Assembly: GCA_951406725.2 (NCBI GenBank)
Contig: OX597819.1
Coordinates: 94,674,001 to 94,738,000, forward strand
Direction of reading: 5' to 3'
Source: Octopus vulgaris
Lineage: Eukaryota
Length of the DNA: 64,000 nt
Positions 36,201 through 49,899 of the stretch are shown here, one piece after another; position 1 is the stretch's first letter, and every line of letters begins with the position of its first letter. The translations under genes and the position numbers were made by a program. The notes beneath the pieces are model-generated. The model did not search any database, had not been told where the DNA came from, and saw only the letters and a list, made by a program, of their open reading frames with translations.

Positions 36201-38817
36201 GCATTAACAACATATATAAACTTTATACAAACAGGGGTCAAACTGATCTAACAAGGATTGATCCTAGCAACTTGGGGCTCCCTATATTAATGATTTCTTA
36301 GGTTACAAAAACAAGGTCAATATATTTTGTGACTCTATAGCTGTTACCAGAGTCTATAAGATCTCAATTCATCAGCTTAGGTATCTCCACTAGCTTACAC
36401 AATACTATAGCTATTGAATTATATTATTATAATTTTTTTTTTGCAATTAGGCACAAGACCAGTTCTTAATGAGAGAGAGAGAATTTGGTCAATCAGGAAT
36501 ACTTTTTATATCAACTTGCCTAAGACTACCCTTGGTTCTATAATGAAAACTTCTTGTTTTAAATTAAAAGTTTCCATTAAAGTTTTATGTAAAGTCAAAT
36601 TCCAAACACCAAATTAATAAAGACAGAGTTATTTTACTAAATTCTTCATTATTTTCAACAAAGGCAGTGCATCTCAAGAGAAATATGGTTACTGATATAT
36701 CTTTTTATCAGAAAAGCTTAATCAATTCACCTTGTTAGAATCTAAACTCAGAACACAGAGGAATGAAATTCAATCCTGCAGAGCTTGTGTTCAACATTAA
36801 TATTCCTAATAATAATTGCTTACATTAATATTATGCCCCAGATTTATAGGCAAAACAATATTGAGAGTGATAGTCATCTTTTTTCAAGGACATTTACAAA
36901 ATAGGTAAAACTTCTAACTGGGAATTAAAGCAGGATTATAAAACTAGCTTGTGAAGTACCTACTATTGCACCAGGATATTGTTCATGACAAGTAAAATAA
37001 TACCAACACATGGTAAAAACAGTGCCCAAATATTTCAGAAGCAAAGTTTAGCTGGAGTGAAATGTGTGCAAACTACATATGTCTAAAGTGACCGCCATAC
37101 TTAAGTTAGTACATTATGTTGTCTGAAGGAATGAACTGCTTAAAATGTTCAGGTTAGTAAAGGTGATCAGATATATTTTAATCACATCTAGCATTATTAA
37201 TTCTCAAACAAAAAGCATTTCCAAATTGTACTCACTGTTGAGAAAAATTCCAACATCTCCAAATTGCATAAAGCAATATCTAAAATATATGATAATAATC
37301 ACATAATCAGAGTAGTTACAAAAAAACCTTGCGAAAAATTTTTGTGTCTTTGGTGTCAGTTAATACAAAGAAAAAAAAAAAAGAAAACAGGTTAAGGAAA
37401 AGAAATTTTCAAGTTTTACTGTTATAATTTTACAACTCTGTATAAATAAGAAAGTCAATTGGATACATAATGTCATCTACATTAAGCCTATTGTGACTGT
37501 ATTTCAGTAAAAATTACCCTCTCTGACATATTTAAATGATGACCTTACATTTGGAAATATGCTTAAGTCAATGGAGAAATTGATCCAGATCATTCAAAAT
37601 ATTCTATGAACAATTCCAAGAGAGACAACACAAACCATCATATTATGTAATGCATCTAAAAATATTTAGAAATTATCACTTAAAATGTTGAAAAATAAAA
37701 TGAAGGATCAATAAATTGATTGAATTAAAAGACTTACTAAAAGCCCAACTGAAATGCTTATTTTGTTCTATGAAGGATTGATGAAGTATTAGAGAGATAA
37801 ATGTTTCTTATGGGGGCAGGAGGGGCTGTATGGACTGAAGGTGGGAAGACAAATTGCCATGTTTCATGAAATTAAGATTATTTAAATTGCCTAACACCAT
37901 GATGAAGATTCTATTTTATCTTCTCATTACTAGGAGGTGGTGCAAAAATTTTCACTATTTTTTTTTTGTTTTTGGTGGAGGTAATAAATAATATTTATCA
38001 GTTTGAGAACCAGTGTTATACACAACTAGAAATTATGATAACCTTTCAGAGTTGGTTGGCATATATTTGGGTGTCTATGTGTATGTATATGCGTGTTGAT
38101 AAAGAAATTTCTTAGAGTGTACAGTAATATTCTAAGAATGCACTATGCTATTCAGTTTAAATGTGTAGACACAAAACATACAAACACATTGCTAGAGTAA
38201 ACCTTTGAAGTCACTAATACTCTGTTCAGATGCATACTAAAGAAATCATGCACGATAGAATCTAATATGAATAGCTGAAACTATAGCTAAAATTTAAGGC
38301 TACTTTCTTACAGTTAACAAGCATGCTGGCATAAAGACATTTTTTATCTTAACATTATTCAATATTATTTCATTATTCTTTTTTCAATTTTAATTCATGG
38401 TAGCATTTATTTTTTTCAAATATCTAATTTAGAATTATTTGGATAAAGCAAAATAAATTTCCCTGTTATCTTAATATTCATGAAAAGGAAGATATAAAAG
38501 GAATGCATTGCTGAAGAAATGAAAACGCATATGTTTATTTCCATCTCATAAGGATACAAGAAAGTACACATTAGATGGGATAGTTATTGATATAATATGT
38601 CTGAAGAAAAGATGAGATGGTCACTATTGGAACAACTACACCTTTGATCATAGATCTGTTCAATCAAAGCTGACCTGAAGTTTTAAACAAGAAGTAAGTA
38701 GCAACAGATGAAACTAACCGAACAAACAATTTTAAAATATGTAGAGTTTATTTATTTAGAAAAAAAAAATGTCCTAGAATGTAACAATTGTTTTTAATCC
38801 AAAATCATATTGCTTAA

Positions 38818-39037
38818 CCTTTAGTATTTAAACCAGCCATAACTGGCTAAAATAGTCCGGATGTTTTATGTTCAAACTGGCCAGATCTGGCCTCTCACAC
38901 CAACCTCACACAATATCATTCTAAAAATTAACAGTTACCTCATCAAAATCTCAAAGCTAAAGGTAATGCATGTTTAATTCAAAACAGTGTGAATAAATAA
39001 GCCTTACTTTTGACAGAATAATCTGAATGTTAAAAGG
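38818..39037. mobile_element. piggyBac-type MITE
   Basis: TTAA on both sides; TIRs CCTTTTAGTATT/AATGTTAAAAGG. Confidence 0.75.
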
Positions 39038-42000
39038 TTAATGCTGCTTCTTCAGGTTTGTGATCCTGAGAAAATATCTTCAATGTTAAAATTGTACATC
39101 TTCAGAAAAATTTTTACCATAAGCACAGACACTGCAGCATGGCTAAAAAATTTGCTTCACAACCACATATTCCAGGTTCAATCCCAGTGCATGTCACACT
39201 GAGTTAGTGTCTTCTAGTATACCTTTGGGTTGACTAGTACTATTTAAATGGAATTTGGCAGATGTAAACAGTATATTTCTCAAAGTATACGTGTCTGTAC
39301 ACCGTTACACACACATGTATGTATGTGTGTCAGTAGTTATGTTTACACCAGTCTGAAAACAAGTGCTTATGGTGCATGTAACTTAACAGTTCAACAAATA
39401 GTTACCAGTAAAAAAAGTACTGCAGTCAATATGATTGAATTAACTCCTGAAGATGTTGCAGTTCAATAACTGAAACCAACAAAAGAGTAAAACAATAACA
39501 TACCAATTAAAAAGACATTATGCAATATATATGTCTCCATACTAAAGTGCTAACAGAAACTAGCCTTCACTAATGGGATAGATACACTTAAGCCAAGTAA
39601 AAGTCACAAGCAGAGTTTTCCAATGTAAAGTCCTGTATGCCATTGTTTATTTTAATAATCAATAATGCAAGGTTTATCACAAGATGCATTTCATAATGGT
39701 ATAGCAAACAAGAGTTCAGCCTCCCAACTGAAGAACAATTGGGTGTATTCCATTATTGACAGTAAACTATGTAAAGAGAAAAGTAAGGAAAAATCTCAAC
39801 ATCAATGCAAACCAAGCTTGAAAAAGGAAACAAAACTCGGTGGTGGAACACCAAACTGGAATTTGAACACTGGTGATATACATTACTGAATATCCTTATA
39901 AGAATTAATAAACATCTTCGAGATGACACTAAACTCAAGAAAGATACCATATAATATCAGAAAACTGTAGCAAGAAAAAAATTTTAAAAAAAGGTAGCTG
40001 AATTAGAGATAAAATTTAAGAATTTACATTTTAAAAATAACCCTTTCTACTATAGGCACAAAGCCTGAAATTTTGGGGAAGGGGTAAGTCTATCACATCA
40101 ACTCCAGTGCATGACTCTGAAAGAATGAAAGGCAAAGTTGACCCCAGAGCAGCATTTTGTCCTCCTATATTCTATTTTCAACCTGCTGATTACTGTTGTT
40201 AATAATATTTAAAAAAAATTGAAATGAATTACAAATGAAGACTATTGTTGCTTAGTTCCAGGCCAAAGTATCTGAAACCTATATTTAAGGGGGTAAAATA
40301 AACAGAGGCAAAATAAATAAATAAAAAAATTTTTTAAAAACCATCTTAGCCTTTAGACTAAAGCATTAGTTTTCCCAACATGCATCATTCCCAAAAGTTC
40401 TAATACACTAAAAATTCACTTCTAGTATTAAAAAAAGTTCCTTGCCCCTAAAATAAAGGGACCCCTCATTAGCTAGTAGGTTAATAGTATAATTTGCTTT
40501 TAACTGTTGCATGTAAAGGTATTCTTTTTAACTAATGCATAAACATTTACTTATACAAACAAATCAACCAAAAATACTATCCCAGTTTATGTTAATTTCT
40601 ACTAAAACAAAGGAGAAAGCATAAAAAAGTGTGACTGTAACTATGAAAAATCTTCAAATATGCAAAAACTTTATTTCATTATTCTTCTATATTACTCTTC
40701 AAAACAATTAACAAATTTCCCATTTAAAGTATATCTTCACATATCCCTCCAAATATTTTCATAAAAATAATTTGCACTAAATCTATGCCTATAAAAATTA
40801 AGAACATAACATTTAAAGCTGTGCTGTTTTAAGGAATAAATTATATTTGCAAGTACATCATATGGACCAAAAAAATGGTGAAAAGCAATTATCTCATTCT
40901 AAAAGTAACTTAAAGGGATATATATCTAATAGATGAAACTACTCCAATCAAGTCCTCACAGTATACATTCAATAGTTTTCTAATACTTGACAAAAATACA
41001 TCAGACTGCTTCCACCAAATCAACAAAAGTCATGTTTAATTAAATAGCGAAACTGTTCCTATAGAAAAATTTTCCAGCTTGCTTGCAATTTTTGAAAGTG
41101 TGACTAAATTCAATATTTTTTTTTTTACTAAATTTCAGTTTACGAGCATCACAAGCTTGAGTTTTAATTCACCAACTAAGCTATTCTTGTAATAAATAAA
41201 AAGCAAATAAGATAGTATTGCCTAAAATTCTACAGAAATCTGCCTATGGTCTTCACTATTTTTTTATATTTATTTTTTTCAGAGTTATGATGGTTCTACA
41301 AATTTAGGATTACTAGCATAAGTTTAATGCCTTTTTAACTCAACCTGTCGAAAATTTTTAGTTAAAAGCCAGCCTGATAACAATTTTGTTACAAAACTGA
41401 ATGAGAGCAAAAGGGATTACAGTTTTCTCCCTTACATTTGAGGATTCCTCACCAGCTTCAAAATGAATGTAAATAACGTTAGTACAATTCTTTTGATATT
41501 GTGCATTTCAGGACTGCCTTATAGGAAATTAAGAGTTAATGAGTGGAACAAATGTAGCATGACACATGTTCAAACATCCTTGCCAGCCAGCCATAGCTGC
41601 CAAATAAGATTAAGGTAAGTAGGTGGGAGCCTTACTACTACATCTTAACACAAATTCCATCGAACATGAAATAATAAAAGAATCTCATGTTGAAGACTTT
41701 GCACTTAACTCCAACAATGGAAAATATTTTGTAGAAATGGGACACAAATTTAAAACTGTAGAAATATAAGGGGTTTCTATATTCCTTGAAAAAAAAATTG
41801 TAGGTAATTATGATTTTTGTATCTTAATATATTGTTACAAACATAGATTATAAATGTCTTAAATATTTTTTTAAATTAGGACATTTCCTGCCATATTAAA
41901 ACTTCATGAAATAGAAAGATTCTGAATGAAGGAAATTTTCTACAATAAGAGGATAAAAATTTTTTTTTTTAAATTCCTGACTCTTAAACATGATTTTATT

Positions 42001-43612
42001 TTTGCATTAACCCATAAAGTGCTAGACTGCTGAGCACATTTTATGAAAATGAGACTACAAAGCACACACAAAAAAAAAAAAAAAAAGCTAAAATATCTTC
42101 TTAGTATATAATGGTGGCAAGTTTTACATCATTTGAAAAGTCATTAGTTGAACTATTAGTCCTCTTGCATTCTGTGGGTATTGGAGTGTCTGAGTGACAT
42201 GAGGCCCCAACAAATGCCCATAAATTAAATGCATCTATCTGGGCCACGATTGTGGCCTGTCGACCTGTGCCTGACAGCCATGATCATGATCTATTGTGCT
42301 TTATTTGTTAAATGAAATTAATCCATGTCATGGAAGGTACAAAAAAAAAATTACATTGTCTTTTCTCTCCAGACAAATGAACAATAAGAAAAATATCCTG
42401 ATCTACAATCACTTCTATTGATGTATTAATACTGTCATTTTTTTTTTTGTAACAAAACAGGTAACCATATTCTAGAAGATATTCAATCTTACACACCCCT
42501 CAAATGACAGATGTATCTAAGGACTATGTAATCGAATCCACTCTACACATACATTACATGGATAAACCTCAATTTAAAAAAAATGACTCTACACAGATAA
42601 AACAGATGTATGTAAACACTATAAATATTATCTTACTCTTACTTATAGAACATAGAAATGTCTTGACTCACATGATGTGAAGTTGTCTAGAATTAAAATT
42701 ATCTGAAGCATATAAATCAAAATCCAATTCCTACTATATTGTCAGTAATAGTCTTTTCAGAAGACCACATTAGCCAACCTACTATTAAGAGTGTAGGTTC
42801 CAATTTAGAGTCAAAACAAACCAAACAATTCATTCACTACAAAGTCCAAACTGACACATTCATTGCTTTTCATTCCTGCAGACTGGACAATGCTCAGAGA
42901 AAACTTCTTTATTTTATTAATGAATCCTTGTTCATTAAAGATGTTCTATTATAGTAAAGAGTCTTTTCTATCTTATACAAAATGCTTTTACTTTTATTGA
43001 ATTGGCCTTGCTGACATGATTAATGTTCCACTTAAATAATTGTAAGTTTGCAAGAAAAAAATTGGCAGGAAAGATATTTCAACAGGCTGATGTTGTGAGA
43101 AAAAAAGACTAGGTTTGTTAGTTAGTGTAGGATGGGAACACAATATGGAGAAGTCTTTGTATTGATGGAGACAAGATTGGCATGATATCACAGTACAGTG
43201 TTTCTAAGTTCTCTATTCAAAGAGTTAGTGTAGGTTTGACACTTGAATGAGGAAGATTAAAGAAGAATGAAGGGTGGTATGATATGCACTAATGGATTGA
43301 CAGCAAATAGACTATTCATGAGTTGGAGGAAGAATGTGGGAGGACAAAACTACCTTGGGGTATAACAGAATTGGTAGAATGTGAATCAGACAGAACTTTG
43401 CTAGGACATGCTGTGATCTGACAGGAAGCAAGCCACCAATCCAAGAGATGATAGTCAGATGTACTAATATAAGCAGGCAGTTTTACTAGCAGATTGATAT
43501 ATCAGACACAAACGATTTTGCTGATATCAAGTACAACTACTGTTTTCATCTAATTTCTCAAAGGCAATGGCCCACTGCTGTAGGACTTGAGTAAATTTGG
43601 CTTTACAAAAGC

Positions 43613-46031
43613 CATGCTCAAAATATCTGGTGGTGTCAGCTATAGCCTAGTCACCCGTATAGTTAACCAGGTGATACATGAAGGAGTCATACCCAATGAC
43701 TGGTGTAGCAGCACCATAGTCAATTGCTACAAAGGCAAAGTTGACACTTTAGATACAAATAATTATGGAGGTATCAAGTTATTGGATCAGATAATGAAGG
43801 TCATGGAGAGGAACATAGCCCAAATAATTAGAGAGAAAGTCAGTCTAAATGAGATGCAGTTTGGGTTCGTGCCAGGGAAAAGCACCACTGATGCTATATG
43901 TCTGGTAAGACAGCTGCAGGAGAAATACCCAGCCAAAAATAAACCTCTGTACCTGACTTTTGTTGGCATAGAGAAAGCCTTTGACAGTGTCCCCCAGTCC
44001 CTTATCTGGTGGTCAATGAGGAAACTAGGGATAGATGAATAGTTAGTGAGAGCTGTGCAAGCCATGTACAGGGATGCTGTCAGTAAGGTGAGGGTTGGCA
44101 ACAAGTACATTCAAGAATTCTGAGTAGGGGTAGGGGTCCACCAAGGATCAGTCCTCAGCCCCCTCTTATTCATTATAGTCCTGCAAGCAATAACAGAGGA
44201 ATTCAAAACAGGATGCCCCTGAAGCTCCTCTATGCAGATGATCTTGCTCTAATTGCTGAGTCACTATCAGAACTAGAGGAAAAGTTTCATGTGTGGAAGC
44301 AAGGATTAGAATCGAAGGGCCTTATAGTCAACCTAGCTAAAACCAAAGTCTTAATAAGTCAACTTTGCCTTTGTAGCAATTGACTATGGTGCTGCTACAC
44401 CAGTCATTGGGTATGACTCCTTCATGTATCACCTGGTTAACTATATGGGTAACTAGGCTATAGCTGACACCACCAGATATTTTGAGCATGGCTTTTGTAA
44501 AGCTCCTGTACAGGTAGCACATAAAAATACCTTTTGAGCATAAAAAAATTATTAAGACAAATCACAAATCCTGCTCAATCTGTAGAAAAGGCATAGGTAG
44601 AAACTCCATAAGATGTAACCAGTATAAGCTATGGACATGTAAGAGGTGTAGCAATATCAAAGGGAAGCTAACTGGAAAGATAGTTTTTACATGTGGCAAA
44701 TGCTCAGGTGCTATAAACACAGAAAATGTGCAGAGAACAGCTTCTGTCACATTCAAGGGAGAAAAACTAGAAGTAGTTGATAGCTTCCATTACCTAGGGG
44801 ACCAAGTCAGTAGCAGGGGTGGATGCTCTGAAAGTGTAGCTGCTAGAGTAAGAATAGTCCAGAGAGCTCTTAGCGCTGCTGGTGAGAAAGGGCCTCTCAC
44901 TCAGAGTAAAAGGTAGAGTGTATGACACATGTGTGCTAACAGTGACTGCTGAGGACATGCATAAGCTTGCAAGGAATGAAGCCAGTATGCTCCATTGGAT
45001 GTGTAATGTGAGTGTGCATACACGACAGAGTGTAAGCACCCTGAGAGAAAAGTTGGATTTAAGAAGCATCAGATATGGCGTGCAAGAGAGACGACTGCGC
45101 TGGTATGATCATATGTGTGAATGAATGAGGACATCTCTGAAAAAGTGTCACACCCTAGCAGTTGAGGGAACCTGTGGAAGAGGCAGACCCAGGAAAACCA
45201 GGGATGAGGTGGTGAAGCACAACCTTCGAACATTGGGCCTTACCGAGACAATGACTAGTAACCGGGACCTTTGGAGATATGCTGTGCTTGAGAAGAACCA
45301 ACAAGCTAAGTGAGGCCATAGCCCATGGCCTATGCCAGTGGGTGTAACCAGCCCATTTATGAATACCCCTCATTCATTGGATAATAAACCTTGCTTGTGA
45401 AGACCTATTGAGGCAAGTGAAATCAAAATCGAAATCAAAATTGCTGACGTGGCCAATGACGGTACTGCCTGATTGGCACTCATGCCAGTGGAACATTAAA
45501 AGCACATTCGAACGTAGGGTGTAACCAGCCCACTTATGAGTACTCCTCATTCATTGGATAATGAACTTAGCTTGTGAAGACCTATTGAGGCAAGTGAAAA
45601 CAAATCAAAATCGCTGACGTGACCAATGACAGTACCACCTGATTGGCACTCATGCCAGTAGAATGTTAAAAGAAGCATATCAGAGTGTGATCATTGCCAG
45701 GGCCAGGCTCCCATGCCTGTGATACATGAAAAGCATCATTTGAGTGTGATTGTTGCCAGCATTGCCTTACCGACACATGTGCCAGTGGCACTGGACTGGC
45801 TCCTGTACAGGTAGCACATAAAAATACCTTTTGAGCGTGGTCGTTGCCAGAACTGCCTGACTGGCCCTCATGCCAGTGGCACGTAAAAAGCACCCACTAC
45901 ACTCTCGGAGTGGTTGGCATTAGGAAGGGTATCCAGCTGTAGAAACGTTGCCAGATCAGACTCACCAGTCCTCAGTCAAACCATCCAACCCATACCAGCA
46001 TGGAAAGCGGACGTTAAATGATGATGATGAT
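43613..46031 (+). mobile_element. 5'-truncated, rearranged RTE LINE (antisense in the inferred STRAD first intron)
   Basis: RT peptides QFGFVPGKSTTDAI and YADDL; ~180-bp duplication at ~45340-45680; (GAT)n end. Confidence 0.92.
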
Positions 46032-48339
46032 ACTAGTGGTAATTAGGGAAGGTGAGAGAGATTCCAAGTGTTGAAGAAGATTGTTGTTAATAGCCTCCTT
46101 AACATTTGAGATGTTGAAAGTGACCGCAATAGGGAATGAGACAAACTGTAGTGTGTTTCCAAAGAATAGGATATGTCCCTATTGGGAAAGAGAGACAGAT
46201 TAAAGAGTTGAACAACAACAGAAGCTAATTGAGGAATGTAATTTGGGAGTAATTTCTCATAATCTAAACTATGCATTCTATCTTCAGTTTTGCATTAAAT
46301 AAACAATATGCCCAAGCTTTCCACTCAGAATCTATTCCAGTATACGTTTCTCCAATATCTTGAACTCATCAATTATCAGTATAGCATTATTCCAAAAGAC
46401 AAAATAAACATAAAGAAAAGATGTATGGAAATCAAGCATAAAACTAATTTCCACCTTACACCAGATGAGTATGCTAAACCACTTTATTTATTAAAAAGTA
46501 AATCTAAGAGAAACATAACAGTTTCTATCTCTTCCTCATCTCTCCCATTAATTCCAATAAAGTTATCCTTCAACAACAATTAGCATTTCTTTTCTCTCTC
46601 TACCCAAAACAGAGTTTTTATATTCACGAGATAAAATTTAAACCACTGTATATTCTTTCAAATGTAGCAGGGATTTTGTATGAGACAATGAATTACTCAC
46701 AAGACACTTTTTCACTCTTGAATAAGTGTTAATTCATTAAGTTTAAATATGAATCTACATAGCAATTATTAGAAATGATTTCAATCCTGGTCAAAGCACA
46801 GGAAATAAATTAAGTATAGACTTTCAGAAATCCTCTGATATTTGGATCCCTTGCTGAACCAATGTCATTGCAATGACATCAGTTCAGCTTGATTGAACTG
46901 TTTATTCCAAGGCCTAGGTGAAAACTTTTACTGTTATTGTAGTACTTAATCAAACTAAACTCTACAGATTTCCTTATTCCTTTCGGATATTGACAATACT
47001 CTTTCTTTAATCTAACCTCAAATTAAAACTTTTTCTGAGTTCGGATGGTTACAAAAAATACTCACTTTAAATTGAAAATTATTTGAATAAACTGTCGGCT
47101 TCTTGTTGCAATGTGATATTATATATATATACAGCAGATATTTGACAATTTAAAATACATGACAGAAATAATTTTAAAATGATAGAAATAATGAGATCAT
47201 ATTAAAATATACATATTTTCTATTTCAAAAGTAAATATCCTCTCCAGAAATTTATATATTATCGAATTAAGCATAGCTATAGTTGGATATGTTAACTTCT
47301 GACGCAACAAACGAACGAAAATGACCCTTCGAATACAAAATTAGAAATTAGCTTTAATGTGTTTACATACAGAACTAGGATTGACATCAACATTGGTCCC
47401 CGACGTTGTTACAAAGTCAATAAGAACCATTTACTCAGTTTTTTTTTCTTTAATCTTTTGCTTCACCTTCAAACAAGCGTTTTGCATGTATATAGCCTCT
47501 TGGTTCATTAATATTAATGATTAGTGCTGCATTCGGATGGTTATTTCCATTCGTTACTTCTAACAGGCAAAACTAGAGCTTTGCAGTCTAAGAATAATAA
47601 TTATTATTATTAATCGTCATAATTATTAGAAACGTTTTGATGCCACGATTAAAACGTTTTCTTCATTTAAATATTTTTATCCTGAAGAAAGCGTAATTTC
47701 TAATTTGAAGCGACGAAGTCTATATACGAAACAAAACAAGGCAAAAAAATGGATATAAATTTAAGTATCAAAACGAATGTTATAAAAATGATGAAATATT
47801 CATCATTATGTAAATTTTGTTAATTTAGGAAGTTTTCTTAAATTGATGCAAACTAGCTGATAGGTTTGAAATATTCTAAACTGCGTAAAAATCAGTTTTA
47901 TACACTTTTAATCAAGTAAATCGTCAGATAAATAAAGGTTGTGTTTGACAACATAGTAGCGTCGGTAAAACAAACGATATTGACCACCGTCTCAAAATAC
48001 ATTTTGTTATATAAATAGTTTTATCAAAAAACAGTACTTACATATTAACTAACTATTAATATCATAATATTTAGTGATGAATACATATGTTTGTTTGTCT
48101 TTATTATTGTTATTAAAGGCGTTGTTGTCTGGTACGGAATTATAAGCAACAAACGCATGGACAGAACTGGCTTTTACTATCAACAAAACAGAGCACGTTA
48201 TGAGGCAGAATAGCAACAACTTGCACAAGACCCCACAGTTTCACATGCATAGGATGTATCCAATGCTAAGCCCGTTAAACTAATGTTGCATACATCCATA
48301 TACAAATTGCAAGTAAAACAACAAAACAAATTATGAAGA

Positions 48340-48600
48340 GCAGAAGAAATAAAAGACTTCACCTTCTCCAGAAACTCCGACGTTCACTTCCTCTGAGCAG
48401 GCGCAAGTCAATCGGCGAAGTGACTTCCGCTCAGGAGCTGATACAGTTTGAACTTACTTGACAGGAAAACAACCTGTCTGATTGTCATGTCTATTGTCAC
48501 TCGGGCGAATCTTTGAACTGTACTTTTTATTTATTGATTTTTATGTCATGCAATGTAAGGATACATTTGTCTTAATCGATTGTGATTGTTTTCTGTTAAT
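48340..48600. promoter_or_regulatory. Candidate bidirectional promoter for STRAD (-) and TEDC1 (+)
   Basis: CpG-retaining patch with ETS-like ACTTCC motifs (~48386, ~48423); minus-strand donor candidates at 48362 (gtgaag) and 48457 (gtaagt). Confidence 0.5.
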
Positions 48601-49899
48601 ATGGAAAAGAAAGTGATTCGTTTGTTGACGAAAATTCTATCTTGTCATGGTACGTCAAAAATTCAAGCAGAAAACTTTCGTCTTTCAAAATTCAACAAAC
48701 CTGAAGCAGTAGTACCAATGTTATGTTTGCTGTGTGATGTAATACACATTTATAAATTTGGAATGCCCCACCAGCCTTGTTGCAATTGTGAATTAGCAAT
48801 CGATTCTACCAAATCTTTGGAACGTATACCAGACTGTACGTATCTAGATTTCGTTCAGCGGGAATTATTTAAACTTGGCTATAAATCATGCGATCTCTTC
48901 AGTATCCCCGAAGACCTGTCTTCGGGAAGTAGAGAACTGTTGTTAGCTCTTTCTTGGTTTATCAGTAAAATAGATTTCATGTCTATACTTCTGGAAAAAC
49001 ACTTCATCGAGACTACTGACCAAATTAACATTGATATTAATGATAAACAGGTGTCTAACGACAGAGTAACTGATCAGTTAAAATATCTTGTCATGATAAA
49101 TAACAAGATCAGAATGACATCCAGACTTGTTCATGCATTACAACAAGAGTGTAATTCGTCTGTTCACCATCTCCATAAAGAAACACAGATGCAGTGTGTG
49201 CAATCTAATATGAACCATTTGACCATGCAAGAAGCCAAAATGTTGCGATCTGAACCTGAAAAATTACTTAAAAAGTTAGAAAGCGATAATGCCACGCTTC
49301 AGGACCTTCTACTATGGAGGGAACAAGAAGATATTTTTTGGAATTGGATGAAGACTGTCTTGGCTTTAAAAATGCAATCGGTCCCGGAGGAAAGGGCAGA
49401 CCCGAAGTCTTCAATGAGCCTCACTTCTAAAGATTGCCAATTTCTTGTTGAAGCAAAGACGAATCTTGAAAAAGCCCTCCTTCCTTACAATGATATAATC
49501 TGTGATTTAGATAGACTTTGGATAGAAAAGAAATTACAACTGTGTGAAAGAGACCTTAATGAATTAGCCAAAGAGCTTGACTTAGAAATTGATCAGTTTC
49601 ATAAAAAACACAGTATTCTCTACAGATCGCGCACACTACAACCTCAACAACATTGCTATTTTTATGCATCACCTCATTCCATAGATGCTGGAAATCAGGC
49701 TAGTGGTTCAAAACAATTCACGAAGAAACATTTAGATGAAGGTGTTGGTCTCATAAATGATCAAATAAAACTCTTAGAGAATTTGATTTATGACCTTGAT
49801 GAGAAAATTGTACTCAAACAAGAAAGTTATCAGAAACAAATTAATCAAGTTGCATCTCAGTTCAAAGAATTTGCATGCATTCCAGTATCTCCTTCATAG
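48601..49899 (+). CDS. TEDC1: Tubulin epsilon and delta complex protein 1 (C14orf80 family), intronless
   Basis: ENFRLSKFNKPEA, PEDLSSGSRELLLALSW, HLTMQEAKMLR and IFWNWMKTVL match human EIFRRAKFDRPEA, PEDGSQGSRELLLALSW, HLSVTEAEMLR and VFWRWMDTVL (recalled from memory). Confidence 0.88.
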   Translation: MEKKVIRLLTKILSCHGTSKIQAENFRLSKFNKPEAVVPMLCLLCDVIHIYKFGMPHQPCCNCELAIDSTKSLERIPDCTYLDFVQRELFKLGYKSCDLFSIPEDLSSGSRELLLALSWFISKIDFMSILLEKHFIETTDQINIDINDKQVSNDRVTDQLKYLVMINNKIRMTSRLVHALQQECNSSVHHLHKETQMQCVQSNMNHLTMQEAKMLRSEPEKLLKKLESDNATLQDLLLWREQEDIFWNWMKTVLALKMQSVPEERADPKSSMSLTSKDCQFLVEAKTNLEKALLPYNDIICDLDRLWIEKKLQLCERDLNELAKELDLEIDQFHKKHSILYRSRTLQPQQHCYFYASPHSIDAGNQASGSKQFTKKHLDEGVGLINDQIKLLENLIYDLDEKIVLKQESYQKQINQVASQFKEFACIPVSPS

